Part shown: one piece after another, positions 7,997 to 17,152 of the stretch
How positions within the stretch are numbered: position 1 is the first letter of the stretch
Layout of the letters: each line of letters opens with the position of its first letter
DNA from: a virus
Length of the DNA: 64,000 bases
Reading direction: 5' to 3' (one strand)
Virus record (IMG/VR): IMGVR_UViG_3300034069_000411
Position numbers and translations under genes: made by a program
Notes under the pieces: model-generated
Told to the model about the DNA's origin: nothing
The model's input: only the letters and a program-made list of their open reading frames with translations
Database searches by the model: none

Positions 7997-8567
7997 GCTC
8001 TAGCCACAGCACATATTTGCCCGTGGTAACAGCCGCCGCGCCGACCGCGCTGTACGCAAGCAACTGAAGCGGCACGGTCTTGCTGTCCCAGACGGCCCGG
8101 ACGTCGTTTACGACGCCGTTGAGCGTGATCGTCGGCGACCTACGCAGCACACCGATATGACACAGCCAGTTGAGGACGATCGTCGGGAACAGCGCGCAAA
8201 GGAACGGGATGACACTGATGGCATCGAGCAGGCGGGAGATCAGCAGGACGATCGACGTGGTGGCGTTGCTGACCTCATTCCAAACCAGATACGTCAGCAC
8301 ATCGCTCGTAGAGCCGATCAGCGCCGCCCATAGAAACGCGGTGATCACGGCGCGGTGATAGAACACGGGGTGGTTGCCCGGCAATTTGTCGACGCGCGCT
8401 TTGCTCGACATCCGCGCCAGCGTTGCCGCCGCCAGCAGCATGATCAGGAGGCGGGCGAACAGCGCCCATCCGAAGATCAGCGGGTTGTTATCGAAACTGG
8501 GCGGGTAAGGGCTGACGGCGAAGTCAACCGCCCGGCCGATCATGTCCCCGTGCTTGATCACCGTCAT
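7983..8567 (-). CDS. polytopic membrane protein, unknown function (194 aa)
   Basis: About 5-6 TM segments, visibly lower GC3, cargo position. Confidence 0.55.
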   Translation of the reverse strand: MTVIKHGDMIGRAVDFAVSPYPPSFDNNPLIFGWALFARLLIMLLAAATLARMSSKARVDKLPGNHPVFYHRAVITAFLWAALIGSTSDVLTYLVWNEVSNATTSIVLLISRLLDAISVIPFLCALFPTIVLNWLCHIGVLRRSPTITLNGVVNDVRAVWDSKTVPLQLLAYSAVGAAAVTTGKYVLWLEHAGR

Positions 8568-9073
8568 CGGCCGCTCCCGTCCTGATCACGCGCCACATCG
8601 CGAGCGCCTGATGCGTAATCCATGCCCCGGCGGGGAGCGCGAGAACGAAAGCTGCGGCAGACCACATCGTAAATCCCGGGAACCCCTACAAGCAGGCATT
8701 GCAGGAGGAAGATGATGTTCGAAGCCCACCCGAGCAGGATTGCCGCTGCCCGCTCCGTGACTGTGCCGCTGATCAGTGACCACGACAGCACGCCGGCAAC
8801 AGCTACGTCCGCGGCGGCAAGGATGACGATCACCGCCGACCAGGGTGACCGAGATCCGCGAAAGGCGATGCGCGCCGTGAAGGTCACGCACAGTCCCTGA
8901 CAGATTTCGAGGACAAGCCTCGAATCGAATGACGACCCGAAATAGGCCGCGCTGGTCACCAGCGAGCAGACGAGGAGCGCGAGACCGATGACCGCCTCGG
9001 CCCGATGCCAAGACGCCCGGGTGCACACGGCGGCGAACACCGCCCATGCGATCATCTGCGAAACATCGGTCAC
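8564..9073 (-). CDS. polytopic membrane protein, unknown function (169 aa)
   Basis: GTG start with GGGGAGG SD 7 nt upstream (refined from ORF 8564..9196). About 5 TM segments. Confidence 0.5.
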   Translation of the reverse strand: MTDVSQMIAWAVFAAVCTRASWHRAEAVIGLALLVCSLVTSAAYFGSSFDSRLVLEICQGLCVTFTARIAFRGSRSPWSAVIVILAAADVAVAGVLSWSLISGTVTERAAAILLGWASNIIFLLQCLLVGVPGIYDVVCRSFRSRAPRRGMDYASGARDVARDQDGSGR

Positions 9074-9092
9074 CGCGCTACCTCCCCTGCTG

Positions 9093-9311
9093 TTAGGCGT
9101 CGGACGGCTTAGGATTGCCACCGCGCGCCATGGTGCCCGCGGCTCCGATCTCTTCAAGGTCGCCCTCGTCGAGCCCCAACGCACCTGCCTGCTCATCGAG
9201 CCCGGCCTTCATGCTGGCGTGCAGGACATCGAGTTCGGCGCTCTTTCCTACCGCGGCATGGGCGGCCTGCAGCTTGCGGCTGATATCGATCACGCGGTCT
9301 TTAGCGTTCAT
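9093..9311 (-). CDS. hypothetical acidic protein (72 aa)
   Basis: ATG ORF with an AT-rich upstream region. Confidence 0.45.
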   Translation of the reverse strand: MNAKDRVIDISRKLQAAHAAVGKSAELDVLHASMKAGLDEQAGALGLDEGDLEEIGAAGTMARGGNPKPSDA

Positions 9312-9358
9312 TTTTCATCCAGTATTACGGGGTTGGTGAATTACAGGGATTACGCCGC

Positions 9359-9571
9359 TTACGCGGTTTTGAAAGCCACAATATCCTCGCCCGGATCGCT
9401 GGCGTTTCGTCCCCAATTAAACTTTTGAGCCGCGCCCTTTCGCCACACCGCCATACCGCCATCGGTCTTTCGGAGGATGATGATCACAATGGTTTGAGCG
9501 GGGACCGGGCAGCTTCCGCCTTCCCATGAGGTCCAAGGCGAGGACGCCTCGTCTATATTTTCTTCGGCCAT
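9359..9571 (-). CDS. hypothetical protein coupled to the tailspike (70 aa)
   Basis: TAATG overlap with the tailspike stop. Possible fibre chaperone by position only. Confidence 0.45.
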   Translation of the reverse strand: MAEENIDEASSPWTSWEGGSCPVPAQTIVIIILRKTDGGMAVWRKGAAQKFNWGRNASDPGEDIVAFKTA

Positions 9572-12324
9572 TACATTTTCTCCACACGAATTTTAAACGC
9601 CGCGCTTGCAAGATCGACGGTCCCGTTAGGGTTTCCCGTTGGGTTTGTAATGAAGAACTTCACAGTGTTTGCGGCGCTCACTCTCGCATGGATCGTCAGC
9701 CCCTTACTATCGCCGGGGTACGTCATACGAACGCTATCGCCGACGACCGCGCCGGTAACAGTAACCGTTTGCTCCGCGTCTACGGCCCCGGGCGCAAGGC
9801 TCGGCACGTCATAGGCTGCCGTCACCGCGTCGATGAAGAGCGCGCCCGACTTATACCATACAGCTTCTGTCGTGACGGTGGTCGACGTTTCGCTAGGCAT
9901 GACCGTGGCGACCGCGCACGAATAGCCAAGGCACTTGTAGAAGGCCGGGTTTGACGTGAACGCAAACTCGCCAATGGCATAGTCTTGCCCGGTGGGTGGC
10001 GTGTTGACGTACTGGTGGATCTTTCGCCCGTTGCCATCATTCCGAAGCACAAAGCCGTTTGGAAATACTGTTGTGACGTTGTTTAGGTTGTTGGCGGCGG
10101 TATTACGCACGACGGGGCTTGAGCGCCCGTAGCGGGAGGTATCGCCCCTAGCGGCGAAACCGATGGGACTTACCGAGTTTGCAAACGTGACGGTGAAGCC
10201 CCCGTTATTGGCCTTCAGAACAAAGCGCAGGTCTTCATTAAACTGCGAACCGGCTCTGTAAATCTCACCCGGGTTCGCTCTATCAGCGGTGTTGTAAGAA
10301 TAGACGTAGTCACCAAACGAAACTTTGGCAGCAGCGGTTTTCGTATAGGCAAACGCGCCCATGCCTACGTTTGCGGCAAAAGATCCGCCCGTCCCTGCCG
10401 AGACGGCCATCCACGGCGTGCGATCCGTATAGCCGGTATCGTTCTGGCCTCCGATGATCATCGACGGTGCGATTACATGGCCAACGCAAGTACCGCCCTC
10501 GATATAAAGATCAGTGAACACCGAGCGCGCGTTGCCGTTGTTGCTGAATACGCAATTCGAAGCGATGTACGTCCCCGTATTCGACCACAGCGGGGTCAGC
10601 CAATAGAAGGCGTAGTTATCGCCAACACCGAAGGCTGTGCCGGTCATGGTAAAGCTAAAGCCGGGCCCATTGAACTGCTGGTTGATAGTGCCCGTACCGA
10701 CCAGCGCGCCGCTGTTCTGGATAGTTACCGTAAACTCGGTCGTACTGGTCGCGGTGACGATATACGTGGCCCCAACATTAGCGGTCGCGTCGCGCGTCAG
10801 GTTTGAAAGGACTCCGTTACCGGTATTGGTGTGGCCGTTGAAGCTGTCCCTGTACCCATAGGTATAAGCGCCCATGTCATACCAGACATTCTCGTTTGTT
10901 CCGGGAACGGTCGAGGTTCCGATGCCATCAGTGATGCTGACAAGATCATAGGTTCGGTCGTTGTAGACGACACGACCGAGTTGGCGTCCGTTAGTTCCGT
11001 GGACCGCGCAGCCGGTCCAGCAGTTGCCCAGGAACGACACGTCCATGATGCCGCCGCAGCCCGAGCCAAGCACCTCTACCCCGACGCAATGGCCGGCATT
11101 TGCATCGATCCCGGCGACGTAGATGGCGTGAAGACCGGAATTCGCAATGCTGACGCGCGTGAGCTGGAAATCGTTCGCGTTGCCCGCGGTCAGGTTAGTA
11201 CCGAGATTGCCGTCCGTACTGCTGTTGGCAACGATGTTCAGATTGTTGCCCGGAAACCCATTTATGAACACGTCCTCAAAAGTTGCGCGGGCCCGCATCC
11301 AGACACCATGCTTCGTCCGATCAGTGCCCCCTAGGCTTTCGATAAGCATGTCCTTGTAAGACGAGCCATCGGCGGCGCGAACCGTACCCCGCGTAACAAC
11401 CTGCTCCATGTCAGTGTTGTTGCGATTGACGACGATGCCGTGAATATTCTGCGCGAATACCAAACTCGTATTTGCCGCGCCGGCCATCCCGCCCCCGGCC
11501 CCGCGGAAGTCCCACCGGGCGTGAAGATTGTGGGGACGAGTATGGTAGAACCGTCCCGGACCAACACTAACTTTGCGGCCACTAAATCCGTAAAGGATCA
11601 ACCCGATGGCCGGGTATGCATTGTTCAGCGCCTGCATCTCATCAAATGCGGGTGAGCAGTCGTTCGCCGCGGTTGCCGTGCCGGTATAGGGCACAGAGCC
11701 GAACGCCTCGTAAGCCCACTCCTTGTCCGCATACAGCGCCCAGCGGGTCACATTGCCGGCTTCATCCTTGGCCTTGAAGGACGAGCGCGGGTAGGCGGCA
11801 AGATAGGCGTCGTCGATGTCATTGCGGCGCTCATAGAACGCCCGACCATAACGGGCGGTCGTGTGAAAAGCAGTCATCACCATGGTAGTACCCGACGGGA
11901 TAACCTGCGGGTTCGCCCCGGCTCCGCTCGTTCGGACCGCGACGAATGACGGGATGGACATGATGTTGCCGCCCGGGTCGCCCTTGTAATAATTAGGGAG
12001 GCTCATGACCCGCTGCAGAGCGGTGTTCGCCCAAAACTTCGCGCCACGCGAGGTGCTGTCGGGCGCGCCGGAGATGGGCGCGTCGTCATTGTTGTTGGCG
12101 TACCGGCTGGCGAGCGCGGCGCTGTTCGTCGCCTTTTCCTCCTGGACGACGATCGCGGCGATCATGTTCGCCATCGTCTTGACCAGCCGCCCCAGCCGTG
12201 TCGTTACCGTGCCCGGGGGGTTGCCCGGATTGTTGCGGTCCGGCGCGCCGTTGACGACCTCCGCCAGATCATCCGCGTCGCGCTTTGCGTTTTCCATGTC
12301 CTCGGGGGTGATCAGGTCAGCCAT
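9571..12324 (-). CDS. tailspike/tail fibre with right-handed beta-helix-like central region (917 aa)
   Basis: Position after the J-like gene. N/G/T-rich repeats (NNLNIVANSS...GNANDFQLTRVSIANSGLHAIYVAG) typical of pectate-lyase-fold depolymerases. Confidence 0.7.
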   Translation of the reverse strand: MADLITPEDMENAKRDADDLAEVVNGAPDRNNPGNPPGTVTTRLGRLVKTMANMIAAIVVQEEKATNSAALASRYANNNDDAPISGAPDSTSRGAKFWANTALQRVMSLPNYYKGDPGGNIMSIPSFVAVRTSGAGANPQVIPSGTTMVMTAFHTTARYGRAFYERRNDIDDAYLAAYPRSSFKAKDEAGNVTRWALYADKEWAYEAFGSVPYTGTATAANDCSPAFDEMQALNNAYPAIGLILYGFSGRKVSVGPGRFYHTRPHNLHARWDFRGAGGGMAGAANTSLVFAQNIHGIVVNRNNTDMEQVVTRGTVRAADGSSYKDMLIESLGGTDRTKHGVWMRARATFEDVFINGFPGNNLNIVANSSTDGNLGTNLTAGNANDFQLTRVSIANSGLHAIYVAGIDANAGHCVGVEVLGSGCGGIMDVSFLGNCWTGCAVHGTNGRQLGRVVYNDRTYDLVSITDGIGTSTVPGTNENVWYDMGAYTYGYRDSFNGHTNTGNGVLSNLTRDATANVGATYIVTATSTTEFTVTIQNSGALVGTGTINQQFNGPGFSFTMTGTAFGVGDNYAFYWLTPLWSNTGTYIASNCVFSNNGNARSVFTDLYIEGGTCVGHVIAPSMIIGGQNDTGYTDRTPWMAVSAGTGGSFAANVGMGAFAYTKTAAAKVSFGDYVYSYNTADRANPGEIYRAGSQFNEDLRFVLKANNGGFTVTFANSVSPIGFAARGDTSRYGRSSPVVRNTAANNLNNVTTVFPNGFVLRNDGNGRKIHQYVNTPPTGQDYAIGEFAFTSNPAFYKCLGYSCAVATVMPSETSTTVTTEAVWYKSGALFIDAVTAAYDVPSLAPGAVDAEQTVTVTGAVVGDSVRMTYPGDSKGLTIHARVSAANTVKFFITNPTGNPNGTVDLASAAFKIRVEKM

Positions 12325-12382
12325 CTGTCGCTCCTATGTCTCTGCCCGGGCTATATCGGCAAAGGCATAGACGCGACAGGGC

Positions 12383-15300
12383 CTAGCGGCTGGCCATGTA
12401 GACGACGCGGACCTCGGTGTCGGTCAGGGCACGGCGGTAGAGCCTCACGTCGTCGAACCGGCCGATCAGCCCGGACAGCACGGCGAGATTGCTAAGCAAG
12501 CCGCGCGCGATGCCGGACGCCCGGCCAATGCGCCTGCCGTCGGCATACAGCGTCATTGTGCCGTCCGGGGCATAGCTGACCGCGACGTGGTGCCACTCGG
12601 CCGCGGGGGGCATCGGGGCCGCGACTTGAACAGACCCGTGACCGGCGACGAGATTGCCGGCACCGTCATACCCGAACCGCTCCGATGCTGAGCCCCCACC
12701 GATAATGTCGCCGGCCGCGCCGGCCGCCGGCTTGACCCACGCCATCTTCGTGTAACCGACGGGCGCGATCAGATTGACGACGCTGACACCCGCGCCCCCG
12801 GCGGTGGCCGAGTAGACGAAACCGCGCGAGCCGGCCTCCTCAATGGTGGAGGCCCCGCCGATTAGCGCGGCTGACTGCGCGCGGACGCTTTCGTCTATGA
12901 CGTCGCCGTTCGTAAAGGGCAGCCAGAGCGTCAGCTGGTCGTGCTGATAATACAGGAATGTATAATTCACCGCCCGCACCGTCTCGGTGAAGTCGCTGTT
13001 CGGCTCTCGCTCACTGACAATAAACGCGCGCGATTGCACGTCCTGCTCGGGGGCGATCGAGTAGATCGTTCGCACCCCGGCATTCGGGTCAGTGATCAGC
13101 GGCAGACGCGGCAGAGCGGACAGGCTGACCCGGTTCGGGTCGGCGCTCTCGCCCGCCGGTGGCTGCCACGCCGTCACGCCGATAGCCTGCACCGTCGCGT
13201 CGGGCAGCTGGACGAACATCGTGTAATCGCGATCGGGGTCGAGATCGACCTGGTCGGTGAGCGTCAGCACTGTTCCGTCCTGCCCCTTCACCTGCCCGGA
13301 TAGATGATCGGGGCGGGTCATATCGGTGATCAGCACCCGCTCCTGCGGTAGAACTAGAGCCGCTTCCTCTGTCGCCTCGAGTTCGACGGACACGTTCTGG
13401 TACCGCATCCTGTTCCACGCGCGCTGAGCGTGCCAGTAGCCGAGGGTGCCGGTGCCGATGCCCGGTAGCTCGACATTCCGCGGGCTGGTCGGGGTGTAGC
13501 CGGTTGGCAACGTGATAGTCAGCTTCGCGCCGTCCCGGGGCACCGTATAGGCCAGTTCGACGCCATCCTGATCATCGAGGATCCCGAAGCGCACGGTGCG
13601 GGTCTGGCTATCCGGCAAGACGTTGCGATGATTGAACAGCAACGCGGGGTCCTCGGTGGCCCGCTCAAACGCCACGCGGATGAGGCTGCCCTTGCGGTAG
13701 GCCTGACAAAATACCGCCTGGGCGACGGTCTGAATGGTCTCCTCAAAGGACGTGTTGTCGTCGTCGAACGTGTAGCTGAACTCGCGCGCGAGGCTCGACC
13801 CGAAATACTCGGCTACCTCGTCGCTGACCGCGCGAAGCAGCGGCAGATCGATGTCGCTGACACCCCGGGCCCCGATGTACGGGTCGAGCGTCACGGCGGC
13901 CATGATGTCGGCGGCGTCGTCGCTTCCGATCTCCGCGCTTAGCGTGCCATCGGCGAGGATTCGCGGGACACGACGCCTCGCGCGGAGGTTCAGCTTGCGC
14001 TCTTTTTGTGATGTCGCGCCGCTGGTCGCATACGTCTTCGACAGCACCGTCGTGACGTTGCCGAAGTGCTGCCTGTCGACGAGCGCGCCGCCATAGGCGT
14101 CTCTCCATTTCACGTCGTCGACCAGCGTGCCGTCGTAGTCGAGATCGGTGGGCGTGGTACGCATGGACCGCAGCTTGCAGGGCCCGGTGAAAGTAGGGAT
14201 CCCGTCCAGCGTCAATCCGACCAACTCTTTGTCATCGGCGCTCCCGATCAGCGTGCCGGCGAAGGTCTCCGCTGGGCCGGTGGCGTTCCCGTTGCTGTCA
14301 ACCGGGGTTAGCTCAAGCACGATGCCGACGCGGAGCGCGCCCTGCTTTCCCTTCTTGTTGATCGAGTAGAGACCGGAGAGCGCGACGTAATTTGTGATCA
14401 CCCGGTCGAGGTCGTCGAGATTGACCGTGAACGGGCCGACCCATCGCTCACCCGACGTTGACAGGCTCGGGCTGCCGTAGGCCGTCCGCCCGTCCGGAAG
14501 GCCCTGCAGATTGAGCCACGCCGCATTGACGTTGGACGGGTTGCTAAGGGTGATCGCTTTCGCCTCGACGGCGAGCGCAACGTATGTACCGGCGAGATTG
14601 AGCGACGAGGTCGGCGTAGGCACCGAGAATTGAACCGTGCGGTAGCCGGTGCGATCACTGTCCAGTTCGTCGAGTTTGTCCCAATCGGTGTTGATGTCAC
14701 CCGGGTTCGTCAGGGTCACGGTCCGGTCCGACCCGCTGATCGCGGTGATCGGGTAGCCCCCGGATAGATCAACATAGATGGTCGACGAGATCCCGTTGCT
14801 TTCCGCCCAGCCGGCGTTGCTGACGGTCAGGAACTGGCCCGCCGCAAACACCGTCGTCGGGTCAAAGTTTTCGAAGCGGATCACCCCGCCGAACTCAAAC
14901 CGCGCGGATACCATGACGGTGGTAGATCCGACCGCGCCGCTGTTACTGAAATCGGCACCGCCGATCGTCAGATCGTCACCGGCGTCGAATAGCTCGGTGA
15001 AGTCAATCTTGCTGCTCTTTGTCTCGATGCGGTCGGGATAGACAAACCGGATGTCGTCGTCGCCGCGCGCATTGTTTGCGTTGGGCGGGCGCAGCAGCTG
15101 ACCGTTGACGCCGGTGACCGAAACGATCGACAGCACCGGCGCGCCGATCTCGCTGCCGATGCGCAGCTGCGGCGCGCCAAACCCGGGCGCTGTAAAGGGC
15201 GCGTAGAACTCGACGGCGGATCCAGCGATAGAGGCGATCAGGCTGTCGCCGTCCCTGACGTCCGACAGATCGAACGCGCCGCGGCCGACGCACATCAGCG

Positions 15301-15814
15301 CGATCTCGAACTCGAGGTTTCCGGCGAACCGGCGGTAGGGCACCGCGATCAGCGAAGGCACCGATCTGACGCTGCCGAAGTGATCCTCGATCCGCATCAG
15401 CGGCCGGGCCTTGTTGGACCGGTCCGAGAGCGACTTGCTCGCGGACGGCGTGTTGTCAGCCCCCGGGGGCTTTGGCATCAGGAACAGCCCGATCGCAACC
15501 GCGGCGAGGGTCACGGCGACCGTGATCGCGGCGGTGATCGGGTCGTTGGGCTCAAGCGTGATCAGCAGGGGCCCCGCGGCGGCCTCTAGGCGCGTGACAT
15601 CGCCGCCCACGGGGGTGACATCCCTTGCAGCCAGCGATCGGGCCGCGGCGAGGGCCACAGCACGGTCGGGATGCCCGATGCCATCCAGATCGTAGATCCG
15701 CCCCAGCGACGGCCACGTCGGGAACTCGGCGCGTAGGGTGGCCGCGACGTTGTCGGTCTCGACCTGGTCCCACGACCCCGGGTCCATCGGGTTGCGCACG
15801 ATCCAAATGATCAT
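12383..15814 (-). CDS. central tail fibre / host-specificity protein (J-like) with C-terminal LamG-like domain (1143 aa)
   Basis: Size and position after the NlpC/P60 gene. C-terminus WHHVAVSY...LYADG...DDVRLYRRALTDTEV is LamG/concanavalin-like. Confidence 0.75.
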   Translation of the reverse strand: MIIWIVRNPMDPGSWDQVETDNVAATLRAEFPTWPSLGRIYDLDGIGHPDRAVALAAARSLAARDVTPVGGDVTRLEAAAGPLLITLEPNDPITAAITVAVTLAAVAIGLFLMPKPPGADNTPSASKSLSDRSNKARPLMRIEDHFGSVRSVPSLIAVPYRRFAGNLEFEIALMCVGRGAFDLSDVRDGDSLIASIAGSAVEFYAPFTAPGFGAPQLRIGSEIGAPVLSIVSVTGVNGQLLRPPNANNARGDDDIRFVYPDRIETKSSKIDFTELFDAGDDLTIGGADFSNSGAVGSTTVMVSARFEFGGVIRFENFDPTTVFAAGQFLTVSNAGWAESNGISSTIYVDLSGGYPITAISGSDRTVTLTNPGDINTDWDKLDELDSDRTGYRTVQFSVPTPTSSLNLAGTYVALAVEAKAITLSNPSNVNAAWLNLQGLPDGRTAYGSPSLSTSGERWVGPFTVNLDDLDRVITNYVALSGLYSINKKGKQGALRVGIVLELTPVDSNGNATGPAETFAGTLIGSADDKELVGLTLDGIPTFTGPCKLRSMRTTPTDLDYDGTLVDDVKWRDAYGGALVDRQHFGNVTTVLSKTYATSGATSQKERKLNLRARRRVPRILADGTLSAEIGSDDAADIMAAVTLDPYIGARGVSDIDLPLLRAVSDEVAEYFGSSLAREFSYTFDDDNTSFEETIQTVAQAVFCQAYRKGSLIRVAFERATEDPALLFNHRNVLPDSQTRTVRFGILDDQDGVELAYTVPRDGAKLTITLPTGYTPTSPRNVELPGIGTGTLGYWHAQRAWNRMRYQNVSVELEATEEAALVLPQERVLITDMTRPDHLSGQVKGQDGTVLTLTDQVDLDPDRDYTMFVQLPDATVQAIGVTAWQPPAGESADPNRVSLSALPRLPLITDPNAGVRTIYSIAPEQDVQSRAFIVSEREPNSDFTETVRAVNYTFLYYQHDQLTLWLPFTNGDVIDESVRAQSAALIGGASTIEEAGSRGFVYSATAGGAGVSVVNLIAPVGYTKMAWVKPAAGAAGDIIGGGSASERFGYDGAGNLVAGHGSVQVAAPMPPAAEWHHVAVSYAPDGTMTLYADGRRIGRASGIARGLLSNLAVLSGLIGRFDDVRLYRRALTDTEVRVVYMASR

Positions 15815-16155
15815 CGGTAAAATCCCACCTTATCCCAGCCGGTCGTAGCTTCTTCGACCGGGCGGAAGCTGTAGCGTCCGCCGGCCAGCTGCAACACCTT
15901 CCCGCGCATGAAGACGCCGACATGCGGCACCACGCCGGGTGAGCGCATCAGTACGATCGATGGGTCGACCGGCCCGCTCTGCTGCTCAAAGCCGGGCACA
16001 TCGGTGTCGAACCGGGATAGCAGCGCTTCCTTGGCAATGCGCTCCGGCGTCCGGTCGCCGAGGTCGACTCCGGTCAGATCCAGCCAGATCATCTGTACCG
16101 CCTGCCAGCAGTTTTCCCCGCGGGGGCGGCGCGTCAGATAGGCGTCGATGTTCAT
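15811..16155 (-). CDS. NlpC/P60-type tail-tip peptidase (K-like, 114 aa)
   Basis: Cys motif GENCWQAV and His motif VPHVGVF. ATGA coupling on both sides. Confidence 0.65.
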   Translation of the reverse strand: MNIDAYLTRRPRGENCWQAVQMIWLDLTGVDLGDRTPERIAKEALLSRFDTDVPGFEQQSGPVDPSIVLMRSPGVVPHVGVFMRGKVLQLAGGRYSFRPVEEATTGWDKVGFYR

Positions 16156-16673
16156 CGCAGGAAACCCCGCAGCATCGGAAACCGCTCGACGGTGTAGCGT
16201 TCGCCGGTCTTTGTCGTGTTGAGGGCCGGCGCGCGCGCGTCGATCGATGACACCGTACCGTCGAAATTGATCGTCGGAGCCTCAAGATTCACTGGGCCGA
16301 GGATCGGGGCTGTCAGGTCATCAGACCGGAACACGAAGTATCGCACCCGAGGTTTGATCAGCAGCCCCCCGGCCTCGGTCACCGCGTCCATCTCTTGAGG
16401 CAGGATCTCACCCAGATCGCCCAGATTGATGTTGATCTGATACTCGAGGTCGTCGCGCGCGCCTTTGCCGCGGAACTGGGCCGGGTAATACTGAAACCGC
16501 ACATCGGGCTCCGTGCCCGACAGGGTCACCGTGACGCCGTTTGGGTCCGCCGGGTCAACCGGGTTTCGGACGATCCTGTATGGCTGCGTAAAGTTTGGGT
16601 GGGTGAGCTCAAGAAGCTCTAGGCCGGCGACATCCCGCCGGCTCGCGAGGAAATAGTCGGCTAGATCGCTCAT
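16152..16673 (-). CDS. minor tail protein (L-like / DUF1833-like, 173 aa)
   Basis: Position in the tail-tip cassette. ELLELTHPNF...YRIV pattern. Confidence 0.55.
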   Translation of the reverse strand: MSDLADYFLASRRDVAGLELLELTHPNFTQPYRIVRNPVDPADPNGVTVTLSGTEPDVRFQYYPAQFRGKGARDDLEYQININLGDLGEILPQEMDAVTEAGGLLIKPRVRYFVFRSDDLTAPILGPVNLEAPTINFDGTVSSIDARAPALNTTKTGERYTVERFPMLRGFLR

Positions 16674-17152
16674 TATGCCAGCACCGTAAGGTCCTCATTT
16701 ACCAGCTTGGCGAGCCGCTGCAGGACCGTTCCAGCGTCCTCGCCATAGGCCGCATAGAGCCAGATCATTGTCATGTCAGCATCGGCGTCCGCCGCCTGCG
16801 GTACGACCTCGGCCTGCGCCCTGACAGTCATTAGGTGACCCTGCACGCTGACGAGGGATGGTGGCCCCCCGACGAGGTGGACCTCGTACTCCTGCAGGAG
16901 CGCGCTATCGAGGATCAGGTCGCAAAGGAAATACAGCGACCAGTTCGACACCACGCTCCGGCCGAACGCCATCAGATACTGATATTGGATCGGCGAGCAG
17001 GCCCACTGGATGTTGATTGTTGCCGGCGCATTGGCACTGTCGAGGCGAAAGCGTGACGCCCCGGATCCGAGTTTGGCCTGCTTGAACGTCTCACCCGGCG
17101 CGGCCGAATAGCCGCCCTGTGCTGGCGGCAGCATGAGTTTAGGCAACGGCAT
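16673..17152 (-). CDS. minor/distal tail protein (159 aa)
   Basis: First gene after the tape measure, 1-nt overlaps on both sides. Confidence 0.5.
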   Translation of the reverse strand: MPLPKLMLPPAQGGYSAAPGETFKQAKLGSGASRFRLDSANAPATINIQWACSPIQYQYLMAFGRSVVSNWSLYFLCDLILDSALLQEYEVHLVGGPPSLVSVQGHLMTVRAQAEVVPQAADADADMTMIWLYAAYGEDAGTVLQRLAKLVNEDLTVLA

